A stretch of 63,317 nucleotides of DNA, the filler included, from Halocafeteria seosinensis (lineage: Eukaryota), in NCBI GenBank assembly GCA_001687465.1. It is 5 parts of 5 records of this genome, joined end to end, with 100 filler letters (N's around TTAATTAATTAA, not from the genome) between each part and the next. Parts side by side here need not be neighbours in the genome. Positions count along the whole stretch, not along the records: positions 38,041 to 55,699 come from LVLI01000123.1; 4 more parts are not named here. One strand, given 5' to 3'. Positions 37,941 through 49,994 of this stretch are shown here, in pieces (the stretch's first letter is position 1; every line of letters begins with the position of its first letter). Made by a program: the position numbers and the translations under genes. The notes below the pieces were generated by a model, which was not told where the DNA came from, did no database searches, and worked only from the letters and a program-made list of their open reading frames with translations.

Positions 37941-38040
37941 NNNNNNNNNNNNNNNNNNNNNNNNNNNNNNNNNNNNNNNNNNNNTTAATTAATTAANNNN
38001 NNNNNNNNNNNNNNNNNNNNNNNNNNNNNNNNNNNNNNNN
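37941..38040. other. Assembly gap with stop linker
   Basis: N/TTAATTAATTAA/N block. Confidence 0.97.
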
Positions 38041-38090
38041 AAGTTGAAGGCTTGAAGCACCAAGTTTCAGACTTATCTGAGGTCCTGCCG

Positions 38091-38691
38091 CCAGGCTGGC
38101 ACAAAAGTTACATGTACCTCATGTAACCCATGTCCAGGTTACATAACCCTCACATGTAACCTAGACAACCACTATCATTTGCGCCTATAATATTGTACAT
38201 TATTGTACATGAGCAACACATGTATATTCACTATATTGAAAAAAGGCGTGTGTTACCTATGCTGCTTGGTACCATTCATTGTAGGGCTGTGTGTTCGGGC
38301 TAGACAATCGGCGGAGGCCTACCTACGATCGGCTCTGGAAGATGAGGTGCTCACACAAACGAGCAAGAGACGATAATGGAAATGCCGATGATGGGAGGAA
38401 GACAATGGCATCATTAGTGTAGTACGAATGCGCCATATCAGCTTTTCATCTACGATCCTACCCCTGACCAAGACTCGGGTACACCGTCCCTCAGAACGGT
38501 CATTTAAGTCAACGATAGTATACGATACATGTACGAAAGAAAACACTGAAGCGCATAGATTGCTATGATGACCTTTTTACTGTACAAATAGATGGTAAAT
38601 ATGGGAAAATGGGAAGTTGAAGTAGTATAGGTTACATACCCCTCCCACGTAACCCGGACCTAGGACCTAGGTAACTTTTGTGCCAGCCTGG
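38091..38691. mobile_element. ~600-bp MITE with perfect 21-bp terminal inverted repeats (hAT-like CAGG end)
   Basis: ccaggctggcacaaaagttac at 38091 and gtaacttttgtgccagcctgg ending at 38691. GTAACC/GGTTAC subterminal motifs occur at both ends. No clean TSD is seen. Confidence 0.85.
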
Positions 38692-39035
38692 ACACCGCAG
38701 AAGCATACGAGTTTGTCGCAAACTGAGGGATTCAAATTCATCTTTGACTGAGTAAAAGAGGACCTCCTTTCGTGTTTAACTGTATATATAGTTTGTATGT
38801 TCGACTTTGGTTGAAATTGCTCTTATGCAAGTTATGCATGTCGAGTTTACCTGTTAGAGCACATATGCTCGAGCGTGTGTCCTTAAGTATGCACATACCA
38901 TGTATGTGGAATGAATGAGGTATTTTCGAAGTAATTACGTGACTAATGTTGTTTCTGCAGAAGCATACATCCGTGAGTGATGCCAGACCAGGTGGTAGTG
39001 GAGTGTGCGAGGTGACCGATTGAAATGGTCGTATA

Positions 39036-40791
39036 TTACTCACCCTTTGCTCCTCTATACTCAACATTACCGTCTTGACTGCGAGGGCAATGCCTGCTCC
39101 TCTTGTTATGACCCTTTCTGCCGCAACGAGAGCATCGGACAGTGTTTCTCATGGCCTGCTCAACAGCGCTTCGAATCCGCTTATTATTCGGTGGGCGGCC
39201 GCTCTGATTCGCCGTCACTCCGAGGCAGCATCTAATATCTTCTTTCCTTGCTTTAACCTCCCGGAGTTCGACAGTCTCAAATGATGCATCCAAAGGGACC
39301 TGTTCCTTCCATGTTGAAACGTGGAAGTATCGATGTCGCAACATTTGAAGCTCTGAGTAGTTCCCTGCTTGACAAGCGATGTAGACGTGCAATCATGGTT
39401 CTGGTGTTACTTCTGGCCTCCCGCAATTACAGTGCATATCTTGGAAATATACAGTTCGGGTATTGCCGTCGTTGGTAACGCGAACAGTTGCTAGGTCGCT
39501 GTTGAGCGTCAGCACCTCTGCAGTTCCAGCATATTTACGATGCTGTTGCTTTAGTTTCTCCAGGAGTTCTTTCCCAAACGGAGTCAGGACGTCACCATTG
39601 TTGAGTGTATGTGCTACGTGCTTCTGGTGAATGACAAAGCGCCCTTTTTCGCTGTGAACAAGGCTGGCCATGGCTTCAAACAGCTGACAACTTCGGACCC
39701 CCATCAATGCTTTCTACTAGCTGCGTAGTATGGCAGCCGATCATATCTACGCCGCCTCCGCCATTACGCCTTTGAGATTGGAAGAGGAACTGGCATGTTG
39801 GTGGAATTTCCATGAGTTTGTTGAACTGGAATTCGGTTAACTTTCCTTGAGCTGTTCCGACTGCCTTGTCATAGCTGTCCTGGTTACAAGCGAGCACTAT
39901 CTGTTGATGCAGCTTCTTCATCTGGTGCCCTACTCTACTAAAGTTGCTCACAAAGTTGTCTCACCAAGTTGTCACCTCTGTGATTTCAGCAGATTAATGG
40001 TCCTGTGAGAGAGAAGCTGATTTCCAACGGTTTGGCTTCACGTTTTTGGCCATCCATCAAGAGCGTTTTCCCTGGGCTGTCAATGTCGGGATGTGCGTCT
40101 TTTAGGAAGTCAACAGCTTTTTTCCACGACTGCCTAGACTCGTTGTACAACTGATACAGTACAGATAGCACAGTCGCTGAGGATTTAGACTTTACCAGGA
40201 CAAGAGTGAGGAGCAAAGGAAGCACACAGTTTGAGACCGTCGTTCTCGTTACAAGATGTCACGCGTTACTCTGAAGTGCGGAGGGGAATGTGCACATGTG
40301 ACAAGGTGCATAGACAGCAGACTGATTGTATGCTTACCTACAGCACCGGATTTAAGAACCCAGGGAATTACTCCGAGGTAAAGGCACCACTCGGCAAACA
40401 GTCTCTCCACTTCTGCCCGCCGAAGATACCGGCTCCCCTCACGAACGAATTTTGAAATACTGGATGTCTCTTCTGTGCCTAGAACTTGTTATATGTCCTG
40501 AGACGCAGTTTCGGCTGCGTCTTCGCCCCCAGTTGCAGATGGCTTTTGGCTTTCGCAGTCGTTGATTGGGAACCTCCACTTGCGTCCGCTGCTGCCTCCC
40601 TCTGGGCTTCTCTACTTTCCTGTGTAGTGTACTGGGAAAGTCGCGAGATGTTAATAAGAGTCGCTGCATTATATACCGTTCATGCCATATAATTTCGCCT
40701 GAAAATGGGGCGATGCATCATTCGATTCGCTGGCTACTTCCTGCTCCTCGTCCAAGGAGGTATCCGATAGAGCCGAGTCATGAGTGGACAT
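39036..40791 (-). pseudogene. Decayed MuDR-like transposase (DDE, SWIM, Zn knuckle)
   Basis: NESRQSW..VDFLK..P.ID....LMDGQK; HTTQLVES; CNCG.PE...P(C)HV SWIM; RCSRCGRKGHNKRSRHC knuckle. Frameshifted. Confidence 0.8.
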
Positions 40792-41014
40792 AGTGGAATG
40801 AATGAACAGCGTATGTAGCTTGTATACTGTCTTATCCGCTTGTATTATGGTGTCAATTGATGAATAGGACAAATCTAAAACCAACAGATTTGTGAAAGAT
40901 AAACATGAAATTACAGTAGGGGTCGCACAGACAAATCTGAAATTGTCTTCAACAACTCAGATAACTCTGGAATTTTCGCTTCAGGGAATCAAACGCACTC
41001 ACTCTCTTGGTTGA

Positions 41015-41465
41015 GTTGAACATACTCCCACTCCTTGAATTGTCTGTCCTAGGCACTCTTTGCGACATACTCCTATTCCCGTGATTGCGTTGAACATACT
41101 CCCACTCCTTGAATTTTCTCTCCAAGGCACTCTTTGCGACATACTCCCACTCCCGTGATTCTGTTGAACATACTCCCACTCCTTGAATTGTCTATCCAAG
41201 GCATTCTCTGCAACATACTCCCACTCCCGTGATTGTGTTGAACATACTCCCACTCCTTGAATTTTCTCTCCAAGGCACTCTTTGCGACATACTCCCACTC
41301 CCGTGATTCTGTTGAACATACTCCCACTCCTCGATTTGTCTGTCAGGGACATACTCCCACTCGGATATATACTCTTCTCGGAAACTGAAGTGTGACACTT
41401 CCACAAGACTGCTGCTTTTACCTGCCTGGAAATACTCCCCCTGAGTCAAATGTACCCCCACTCCC
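41015..41465. repeat. Hierarchical minisatellite: 10 ACATACTCCCACTC cores with 45/29-bp alternating spacing (74-bp unit)
   Basis: Cores at 41020, 41065, 41094, 41139, 41168, 41213, 41242, 41287, 41316 and 41349; degenerate cores at ~41431 and ~41452. Confidence 0.93.
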
Positions 41466-43916
41466 TTGGCTTGTGGTACGGGTTTTTGAGCGTCCCAGTC
41501 CCACGCTCGTCCCAGATGAGCGGTCCCAACTCCCGAAGAGCTGTTGATTCTATGTGTATTGATTACGTGTATTTTTGGGGTTCTAGCGATGTTTACATGG
41601 GTTTACAAATCCTCGAGGTCGAACCTTGCGTCATTCTCCCGCAATCTTTTTGGGGGCTGGCGCTTGGTTCCCGTTGCAGCAATATTTTCCCAAGGTTGTG
41701 CCGCAAGTACTTCATTACTATCAGATGACATTGAAATAAGCAGATGAGACATGCTGAAATCATCATAGACATGCAATTTCTCTGAGACTGATTCATCGTC
41801 TGCTGCAGGTCTTCCTCGTCAGGCATTCATCGATAACTACTGGAATGTCCACAACACCGAAGCCTTCCATGAGGTCCACGTCGATATTTTCATCTAGTTG
41901 ATCGGATTGGTAGGGTTATATACTTTAATTTGCATCATCAATTTAACAATGTGCGCGAAAAAGAAACCTTGTGTACACACTTCAGTTAAAATGCAGTACC
42001 CAATGCAGATACAGCCATCACAAGCGGGGCTTAGCGGGCACGCATCGCCGCGAACAGCCCCTGTAACCATTCAACACATTGAGCATGAAAGAGATCCAGT
42101 GCGTGGCCATCATCTGCTTTCTTCTATGCCGATCGATGCTGGACTCCGGCTGCATGCCATACAATTCAACTGGCAATTGTTTTACACACATTTCATCACC
42201 TACCGGCTCTCACGTCGTACAGTGGTGCTTCAATTTCTAGTTCATAACCCACTGTCAATCATGGTGTCAGCAATTCTTTCTCTTCATGTTCACGGGAAGT
42301 TTTACGTTCGGTTCTTCTTCTGTCTCCATATCCTGCTCGTGTCGCCATGCATTACAGATCTTGAGCGGTGGCTAAATCAAAGTTAGTTCGATCTTTTTGG
42401 GAGCATACCCCATAGGAGAGCTGTTACTGCCGACCGCCCAGCTGATTCGAATTTCAGCGAAGGTGCGATTAACTGAAAACATGATCTTAAGCACCATTTA
42501 TATACACTGTGAGTTTGCTAGTTTTGAAGTACCACGAGCTTCCATCTCTGTTTTGCCAATCGGTATTTGTGAATGACATCATGGTTTCTGTGACATCCGT
42601 ACACGGTCATCGCATGATGTTCCCACCTTTACTGGAACAGCACGTCCTATCAAGCGCGCACTACTAAATATGCTCCTGCCTCACAAGGGTTCTGAAGGTG
42701 CAGTTTCCTTACCTGAATAGCAGCGAAAAAGGGAGTGAGTGTTCAAGAAAGAAATAATTCCTGGTAGTATAGGTTTTCTCCTCCACGAACTTACAGTTTT
42801 CGCTCAGGATATCCATGACTGACATGAGCATGCCTCGACACGGTACAGTATTGTGAACACTGCATGGTAGAAATCAGATTCCCCAGGCTCTCCAAGCACA
42901 TTGATTCAGCCAAGCGCATCTAATGCGTAATTTGACGCGTAAAAGGACAAAAAGACATGTCCTGACCGACTATTACGATATCTTACAACTGGAACGCAGC
43001 TCGGCATCATGTATAAACGCCTAGCTCTTAGCAGTCAAACTCTCCAACTGGGTCTCATGACAGCGTGGTGCTACCGGTATTGCTGCCTCCTGCTAGTCGC
43101 ACCTGACTGGCGTCTTTGCAGCACTGTCTACACTCGTAAAGGTGATGCACGTCTTACTGCAGACAAACAAGGTAGAGCTACGATGTCCCAATTAGTGCCG
43201 TGAATACCAGTCTGGGTGACTTCATAAAAAGTGCAGCGCAGGGGGTCTTGTAGAAAAAAGTTACAAGAAGTTCTAGAATCGCAACCTAGAATACTATAGT
43301 TTGACGGTGTTGTATAACCCAAAATTTGCATGAAGATCCATAGAGACTTCTTGTATAACCAAATGAACTGCTGATGCTTATCCCTCATAATGACTTCCAC
43401 TGACTGGCTTCCTTGCACTTGAAGTCTGGAACTCAGCGTTTCGGTTTCCTCCAGAAATGCTTCGTTTGTCGTAAGCCAGCAACAGTACATGCAAAAATAT
43501 AGAAATTGACTCATACGGTTCTAGAAAATAGAGTGGACAGTCTGACACAGGGGACGAATCGTAAGCTGCCACCGCCAGTTGGACACTGATCACCAAGCCT
43601 GCTACCCCGCGCGGAGAGTGCACATAACTCATACAACCCTCATTCGGTTGGTGTATAATCATCTTTCAGCTCATGGAGCAACTGCTACCCGGTTTAGGGG
43701 GTCAGAGTGTTCGATACGTTCTTGTGAAGGTCAGCCAGGACGTGTTTTCTTCATGATACCCATAGTATGATAGTGGGCCACTGGAAATATACTAGGAGAG
43801 ATTGTTAGAAATGCGATTATTCGAGAAGCTGTAATCTGGGCATCTGCATCCAACTGTGGTCGTGTACGTATGCGCTATCCCATCTCGGCATCTTCACAGC
43901 GACAAAGCCGTATAAA

Positions 43917-45219
43917 ATGAGGATCCCCTCTTTGCTGTCACGCACTTCGTTTGGAGCAAGCAGTGTATCGAGGAGATGGAATATACCAAAGCGATATTAC
44001 AGTAGTGGTGGAAGTGCTGCCACGGGCGTATGCTTCGATATTGATGGAGTGCTGCTCCGGGGCTCCCATGTCCTTCCCGGAGCATACGAAGCACTGGATA
44101 AACTAGACGCTTATCAAATCCCTTACATATTCTTAACAAACGGAGGAGGAGTTTCCGAAGCGAAGAAGGCACAGCAACTGTCAGAAGTCCTGGGCAAGGA
44201 AATCTCGGATCGACAGGTGATCGTCTCACACACTCCTCTGCGAGCACTAGTTCCAGAGCTGAAGAATCGGAAAGTTTTGGTAATAGGTTACAAACAGAGC
44301 TTACAAGTTGCGCGCGAGGAATACGGATTCAGGAAAGCATTTTCACCCGCTGAGGTAATCGGGCATTCGCCTCAGATTTACCCTTTCAGGGAGTATCCTT
44401 ACTTCCAGATGAGCCAGGAAGACTACGAGGCTCCGTGGCATGGAATCATGGTTTTCCACGATTCGGTATGGGGATAGAATATATGAGGCGACTGTAAGAT
44501 GTGTTATTGTTTAGGGGTGGTAGATTCTTGCAGATCGACTGGGGAGCGGACTGCCAAGTCTCAGCTGATATACTCCGGGGCCTGTTGCCGTTGCCAGCCG
44601 AGCAAAACTCCAACGCTATACAGACGGCTCGAATTGAGGCTTCAAACGTTCAAGGCATTAAGCCGCCAGATTTAGCCACGAGCCAATATGTTCCTGTGTA
44701 CGCTACAAATCCTGACTTTGTATTCGCTGGGGAATATGAGCTGCCGCGTCTGGCTCAGGGAGCATTCATTCAAACCTTAGATGTAAGTGAGTCAGTAACG
44801 AGGATTGAGCGTATGGATGGTGTATCCTGTCTACGTTTTATCGTATGCAGAGCGTCTATAATAGACTGACGGGGGAAAGGTTAGGCGTAAAGTGGCTAGG
44901 AAAGCCGACGAGTGCTACGTTCCAGTTTGCTCAGTACCAGTTAGAGCACTGGTCTCAACACATGAGCCTTGCGCATCAGGAAGACAAGGAGCTATCGGCA
45001 ACGAATGATTCATGCAATCTGAAGCGAATTTACATGATTGGCGATAATCCCGAAGCAGATATTCGCGGAGCTAATGGAGCGGGGGAGCCGTGGAGAGGTA
45101 TCCTGGTTCGATCGGGAGTATTTTCCGGTCAACTAGCACCAGAGGACCAGCCAGAGATAACAATGGACGGTGTAATAAATGCCGTAAACTATGTGATCAA
45201 CCAGCAAAAGGAGAAATAG
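43917..45219 (+). CDS. HDHD5: HAD-superfamily class IIA hydrolase, CECR5/HDHD5-like, probably mitochondrial, 3 exons
   Basis: Exons 43917-44465, 44534-44782 and 44851-45219. Motifs FDIDGVL, FLTNGGG, SHTP, NPDFVFA..Y.LPRLAQGAF, GKP, IYMIGDNPEADIRGAN, LVRSGVF. Confidence 0.9.
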
Positions 45220-45916
45220 TATACCGGCATACTATGCGAACAGAACTCTCCGTTTCTGCCCGCTGGATGTCAAGACAGTGCGTTTACACGTTGAAGGGCA
45301 CTGCTCAACAGGAAGCAAATCCGCTGTAACAAGTGTATTTTTCTCTCTCTTGAGAACTGTTGAATATATCTGTCAGCACGTTCAGCTCCTTGGCGTTTAC
45401 AGCGACAATTTGCCAACCACGGATGAGGCTACAAGTGGTCCTAGCCCTCAAGACCCGGGGTGGGGAACAGCGTTGTGTCGACTTGTGTGGAGTCACTGTC
45501 CCAAAAACGAAGCGAGAGGGAGGAAGGACGATTTGGAGACTTCGAGCTCGACTAAGTCTTCGAGCTGCAGATTTAACGAACCATTGCAGCCTTATCATGT
45601 TGACGAACAGCCGACTTGGTGTGGCTCGCTGATGCGTGAGGTCGTAGAAGAGCAACAACATATTGACTTTATTGTTTCTGATACCATGGTAGTAGTTGCA
45701 GATTGGAGCACTAGCGGTGACTTATGGTCCTTTTAGTTGAACCCCAAGTCATAGTAAAACTTGCTCGGTTGAGTCTCGTCCTCCTGTCATCGCATAATTA
45801 TACGGAATTATCACAACACATCCTAGGATTGTCAAGCCCAACATCCGGCGGTATTTTGTTTTGCTGTATTACATGCGCTCGCTCCGATACCTTCATTCGC
45901 TGTTGAATATAGCAAA

Positions 45917-47340
45917 ATGGCGTTCTCCCCTCCCAAGACTCATGAACTCTATTCCATCCTCTTCTCGCATTACAATGGTACGTGAGGTGGTAATGCCTGC
46001 ACGACACGACCTTTACGTGGTTTACATAGTTGAGGAATTATCAATCACCGGGAAACTTAATGTAATGACTTGGGAGTGAATGCAGAAGCTGCTCGCTGGG
46101 CATTGGATGTGGCCAAAATACCGTATGTGGAGTATGGGTATCTGCCCCTGCTGCACATGATACCCGTGGCGTGGGCGTCCGGAGGAGGAAACGCCTCCCA
46201 TGACCGAGGTAGGTGCTGGTTATAAACTAGCATGTCTAAGTGTACTCGTGTATCGTTTGCTTGCGCTGCTGCAGCTTCATCGAGGTTTTCGACACCCTTG
46301 CTGGTGCTCCCTGACGGGAAACAGCTTCAAGATTCACGGACTATTATCAAGGTAGGGATATACTTCCTGCTTTTTTGCAACAGGTGGTATTTGTGCTTAT
46401 TATCCGTATGGTCCACCGTGTGACGTATACAGCACGCTGATGACGAGTTGAAGGCCCGCGGCGAACCGAGTCTCCTGCCGACTCAGAGTGAAGATGGAGA
46501 AAAGATGATTGCCGACGTTACGGAAGTCATGGACCTGAGCCATGACGAGATCGGTGTAGATGCCCGACGTATTGTGTATTGGTACACTCTTCAGGTAGGT
46601 TTTTTTTTGCGCAATGGAAGAAGGAAGACGGGCAGAATGACATCTTTCCTTCGTTATGTACAGGACGCTACACTACTTCGTTGGATGATTGACAAGAACT
46701 TCTCCGGTGTGCAGCATTTCATTGGAAGTTGGACAGCCCCCGTTATTCGGTGTAAGGATCGATGCCCATGGTTGGAATCGTCACTTGGATAGAGGTTGTC
46801 ACGTGCATGATCCGCAGATTTGATTTTCAGGGCCCTCAACATCACGCAGGATCGAGCAATGCGTTCATTGGAAAGAATGAGAAAGAACTTTGATACTATC
46901 AACAAGAAGTTGCAAGGCAAACGTTCCGAGCAGTCGTTTCTCGCTGGTACGAGGTTTACGGCAGCGGACCTGTATTTTGCTAGCATCGCAGCGCCTGTGC
47001 TTGGAGTGAGCGTAAGTAACATTTCCCATTGTGATGTACCCGATATCTCCGTTATCTACCATTGATATATTTTTGAAAACGTCTTTGCAATGTCATGAGT
47101 GTACAGCGCGAAGATGGTTACGGAGCATACCTTCCACCTCTGGGCCAGCTCCCACCGGAGGGCGCGAAGATTATCCAAGAGTTCAGAGGTATGTTGCAAA
47201 TAAACGAGGCTGAGCTCCTGCTTGTCTTGGATGTGATTTGTGCTTCAACCGCAGACCATCCTGCCGGACAACACGCACTTCGCGTCTTCAAGGGATTCCG
47301 AGGAACACGTCAGATACCTTACATATTTCCTGAGCTGTAG
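45917..47340 (+). CDS. Glutathione S-transferase family protein, ~8 exons
   Basis: Spliced product MAFSPPKTHELYSILFSHYN|EAARWALD...STPLLVLPDGKQLQDSRTII...FLAGTRFTAADLYFASIAAPVL...HPAGQHALRVF, with GT-AG introns. Confidence 0.85.
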
Positions 47341-47894
47341 CTTAATCCAAGTTGGAATCCCGCATGTACAATACGATACCACTAGCTTCGTTCCTTATCT
47401 TACGCAGCACTTGGCGCTTAGGTTTCAGGCTGTTTGTACCAAGTATTTGCATTCTTACTCACACCTACTTTCTCAGCTTCGGGGCCTAATATTCTCATAC
47501 AACGCCAACAGTGTACATTAAATTTTGGGTACAAATTTTGTAACATTTTCGTTGCTAGCTGAAATAGAGGACCCAAGGTTTTCGGTAGGACGTATAATCC
47601 ACTATTACGAAACAGGTATTTTCAGTTTTCTGATAACGGTGTATTACGAAAATGGGGAGATTCGGACCTGTGCAACATCGGCAGTTCCAGACTCTAAAGA
47701 AATCCAGAGTTTCACCTTCGCTCAACAGTTCCTACAACCGCTTTGTGCACTACCAGCGACTTCCATACACCCAAGTAACGGAATTCATCCACTGAAGGGG
47801 AGGTCGGAAACGAAGACTTCTCCTAATTTGTTTGTAGACTAGAATTGACGTTGATTCTTCGTCGGTGTGCGGCCACTAACCGTGCCACAACATT

Positions 47895-48653
47895 TCAACT
47901 GAAAATACCAGGATTTAGCCGGTCGAAGATGTTGGCCGCCACATGCACAGGAAGACGGAATGCTGATGACGCAGACTGTATTCTTTGCATCAGAAGGGTT
48001 TCTTGAGCTATCTCATGCCATCCCTTCTGCATGGTACTAAACAGGTCCTTTGGATGAGTTTGGCCTGACCGCCGGCGGTTTACCACGATTTCTTCGGGAG
48101 CAATTCCAAATCGTTTCTTGCAAAGTCTTTCCCATAACTCCGTATCATCGGAGCAGATGTTTCTCCATTGTTTACAAACACATGAAGCACGCGCTACCGA
48201 CTCGGCATCGAGGTAGCTTACCAAGACCCTCAAAACAGGATCCATGCTTAGTGCTTCCTTGACAGGGTCCCGCTTTCGTTTTCCTTTGAAACCACGTGCA
48301 CTTTCCAAAAGAAGCTCCTCTTCTTCTTGCACACTCGTCTGATGAGGCGATAGTAGTGCCAATAACATACGGATACCCTCCTTAGGTAGCGTGTCTCGCA
48401 TCCATCGGAGCCACCACAATGTGGTGGCTGCATACCGTTTCTCTTGCCGTCTGTTGCTCTTTTTGGAGCATTCCTGCTGCTCTTTCTGTCTATTGAACGT
48501 CGCCAAAAGGAAGGACCAGATTCTAGAAAGATCTTCCTGAGATAGACGTTCTGTATACGGTCGATGTCGTGCTAAGGGATGCAGTATAAGCTGTTGTTGA
48601 ACCCGGTCTGTGCGATCTCTACACAACGGCCGCTGGGTATCCTCCTCCGCCAT
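47895..48653 (-). CDS. F-box domain protein
   Basis: VLRVLVSYLDAESVARASCVCKQWRNICSDDTELWERLC is a canonical F-box motif. The start codon is uncertain. Confidence 0.75.
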   Translation of the reverse strand: MAEEDTQRPLCRDRTDRVQQQLILHPLARHRPYTERLSQEDLSRIWSFLLATFNRQKEQQECSKKSNRRQEKRYAATTLWWLRWMRDTLPKEGIRMLLALLSPHQTSVQEEEELLLESARGFKGKRKRDPVKEALSMDPVLRVLVSYLDAESVARASCVCKQWRNICSDDTELWERLCKKRFGIAPEEIVVNRRRSGQTHPKDLFSTMQKGWHEIAQETLLMQRIQSASSAFRLPVHVAANIFDRLNPGIFS

Positions 48654-49994
48654 CTTGGCTACCAAGATCTACAGCATCCATCAAGTGAAAAAAGCGACCC
48701 ATATACCGATCTAACGGAAAATATACTAACATGCATTAACGAACACGACAAACCTACTGCATGAACGCTTTAAAATGCCAGTGGATTGCATACAGTACAA
48801 ACAGTACTGTAGGCTTGTTCTTCAACTCAACTTGGACTCCCGAAAATTGAGGGTGTGGTCGCTGATCGCTGATCAGAGACTGTGGTCGTAGAAGTTGTTT
48901 GAATGAGCCATTTAGGATGAGAATACTACTTCGCCTTAAACGGAACACCTCTTGGAACATGGCTAGAAATGACAATCCTAAGGCCACTCTCACCTGAAGG
49001 TCTGAGTGGAGTTGGAATGGAAGTTACACAACAGACACAGACCACTGGCTCACGCAGCCAGTGCCTACCACCTGTCGAGGTCCAAAGTTCACATTACAAG
49101 AACTATTAATTAAACTGGTAGCTAGTTGCAAACCAAGATACTACAGCACTCATCAGCTGACTCAGTGGCCGCTACGGCCCATGGTATTTTTATCAGTCAT
49201 GTATGTACTCTGGGGCTCGCGGTAGGTCGGATTGAATCACTTAAGTTAGCAGAGGAAGTTGCAGTCTGACTCATATCAACGCTCACCAAGTTTCGACCGG
49301 TGGTAACATGCCGACTGGAATCCTAAAATAGGCTACCATTTCTCACATGCCGCATCTATTCATTGGACAGCGTGGAGAATGACTCAAACCTCACATTCCG
49401 CAGGCCATATCGACGGGGTACAATATCCAGTCCAAGCTTCTACAGTGTACACGAGAGTGGTTCCTTACTATTGAAGTACCGAGAAAACACAGTTTGATTG
49501 GCAGCACGTGATTCGCTAAAATAGAAGGCGAAGTGTAGCAGTTTGGGGATCGCTAGTCATTTATGCCACGTCAGCCGGTCAATTAGCGACGAACACTGAA
49601 GCCGCATTTGGATCTCGAAATCGCAAATACCCCAGAAAGTGCTCCTTTTCGCAACTTTCGGACATTAGTGAATATAGAACAAATTGACGTAAGTGATGCA
49701 TCGATACGATTCGATAGTTGCCGACAAACGAAGGGAGAAGGGGAGAGGAGTTCAGAGTCGTCACGAACAAAGATGCACGGGAGTAAAGTCTGTAGATTGT
49801 ACCTACAGGTAGGTACAATTGAACTGTACAAGCTGATAGCGGGCGTTGGGTGTTTCTACTTCTGTATCAAAATTTTGCTGCACGATCACATTGCGTTTCT
49901 GCAACACCAGTCTATCCAACTGATACCTCCAACACGCTGTCCGAACAATAATTATGATGATTGATGTCCTTTTCTGCAGAGCTCTCACTGTAAA

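Noticed and set aside
41015..41363. CRISPR-like repeat-spacer look
   Set aside because: The spacers are two recurring sequence classes rather than unique, the repeat is only ~14 bp, there are no cas genes, and the context is eukaryotic.
40949..41461. ORFs with EWEYV / GSMFN / GVGVC peptide repeats
   Set aside because: The 74-bp unit is not a multiple of 3, so these are translations of a non-coding minisatellite.
41500..43800. Cys-rich and acidic peptide scraps
   Set aside because: Too degenerate to assign; probably old TE debris.
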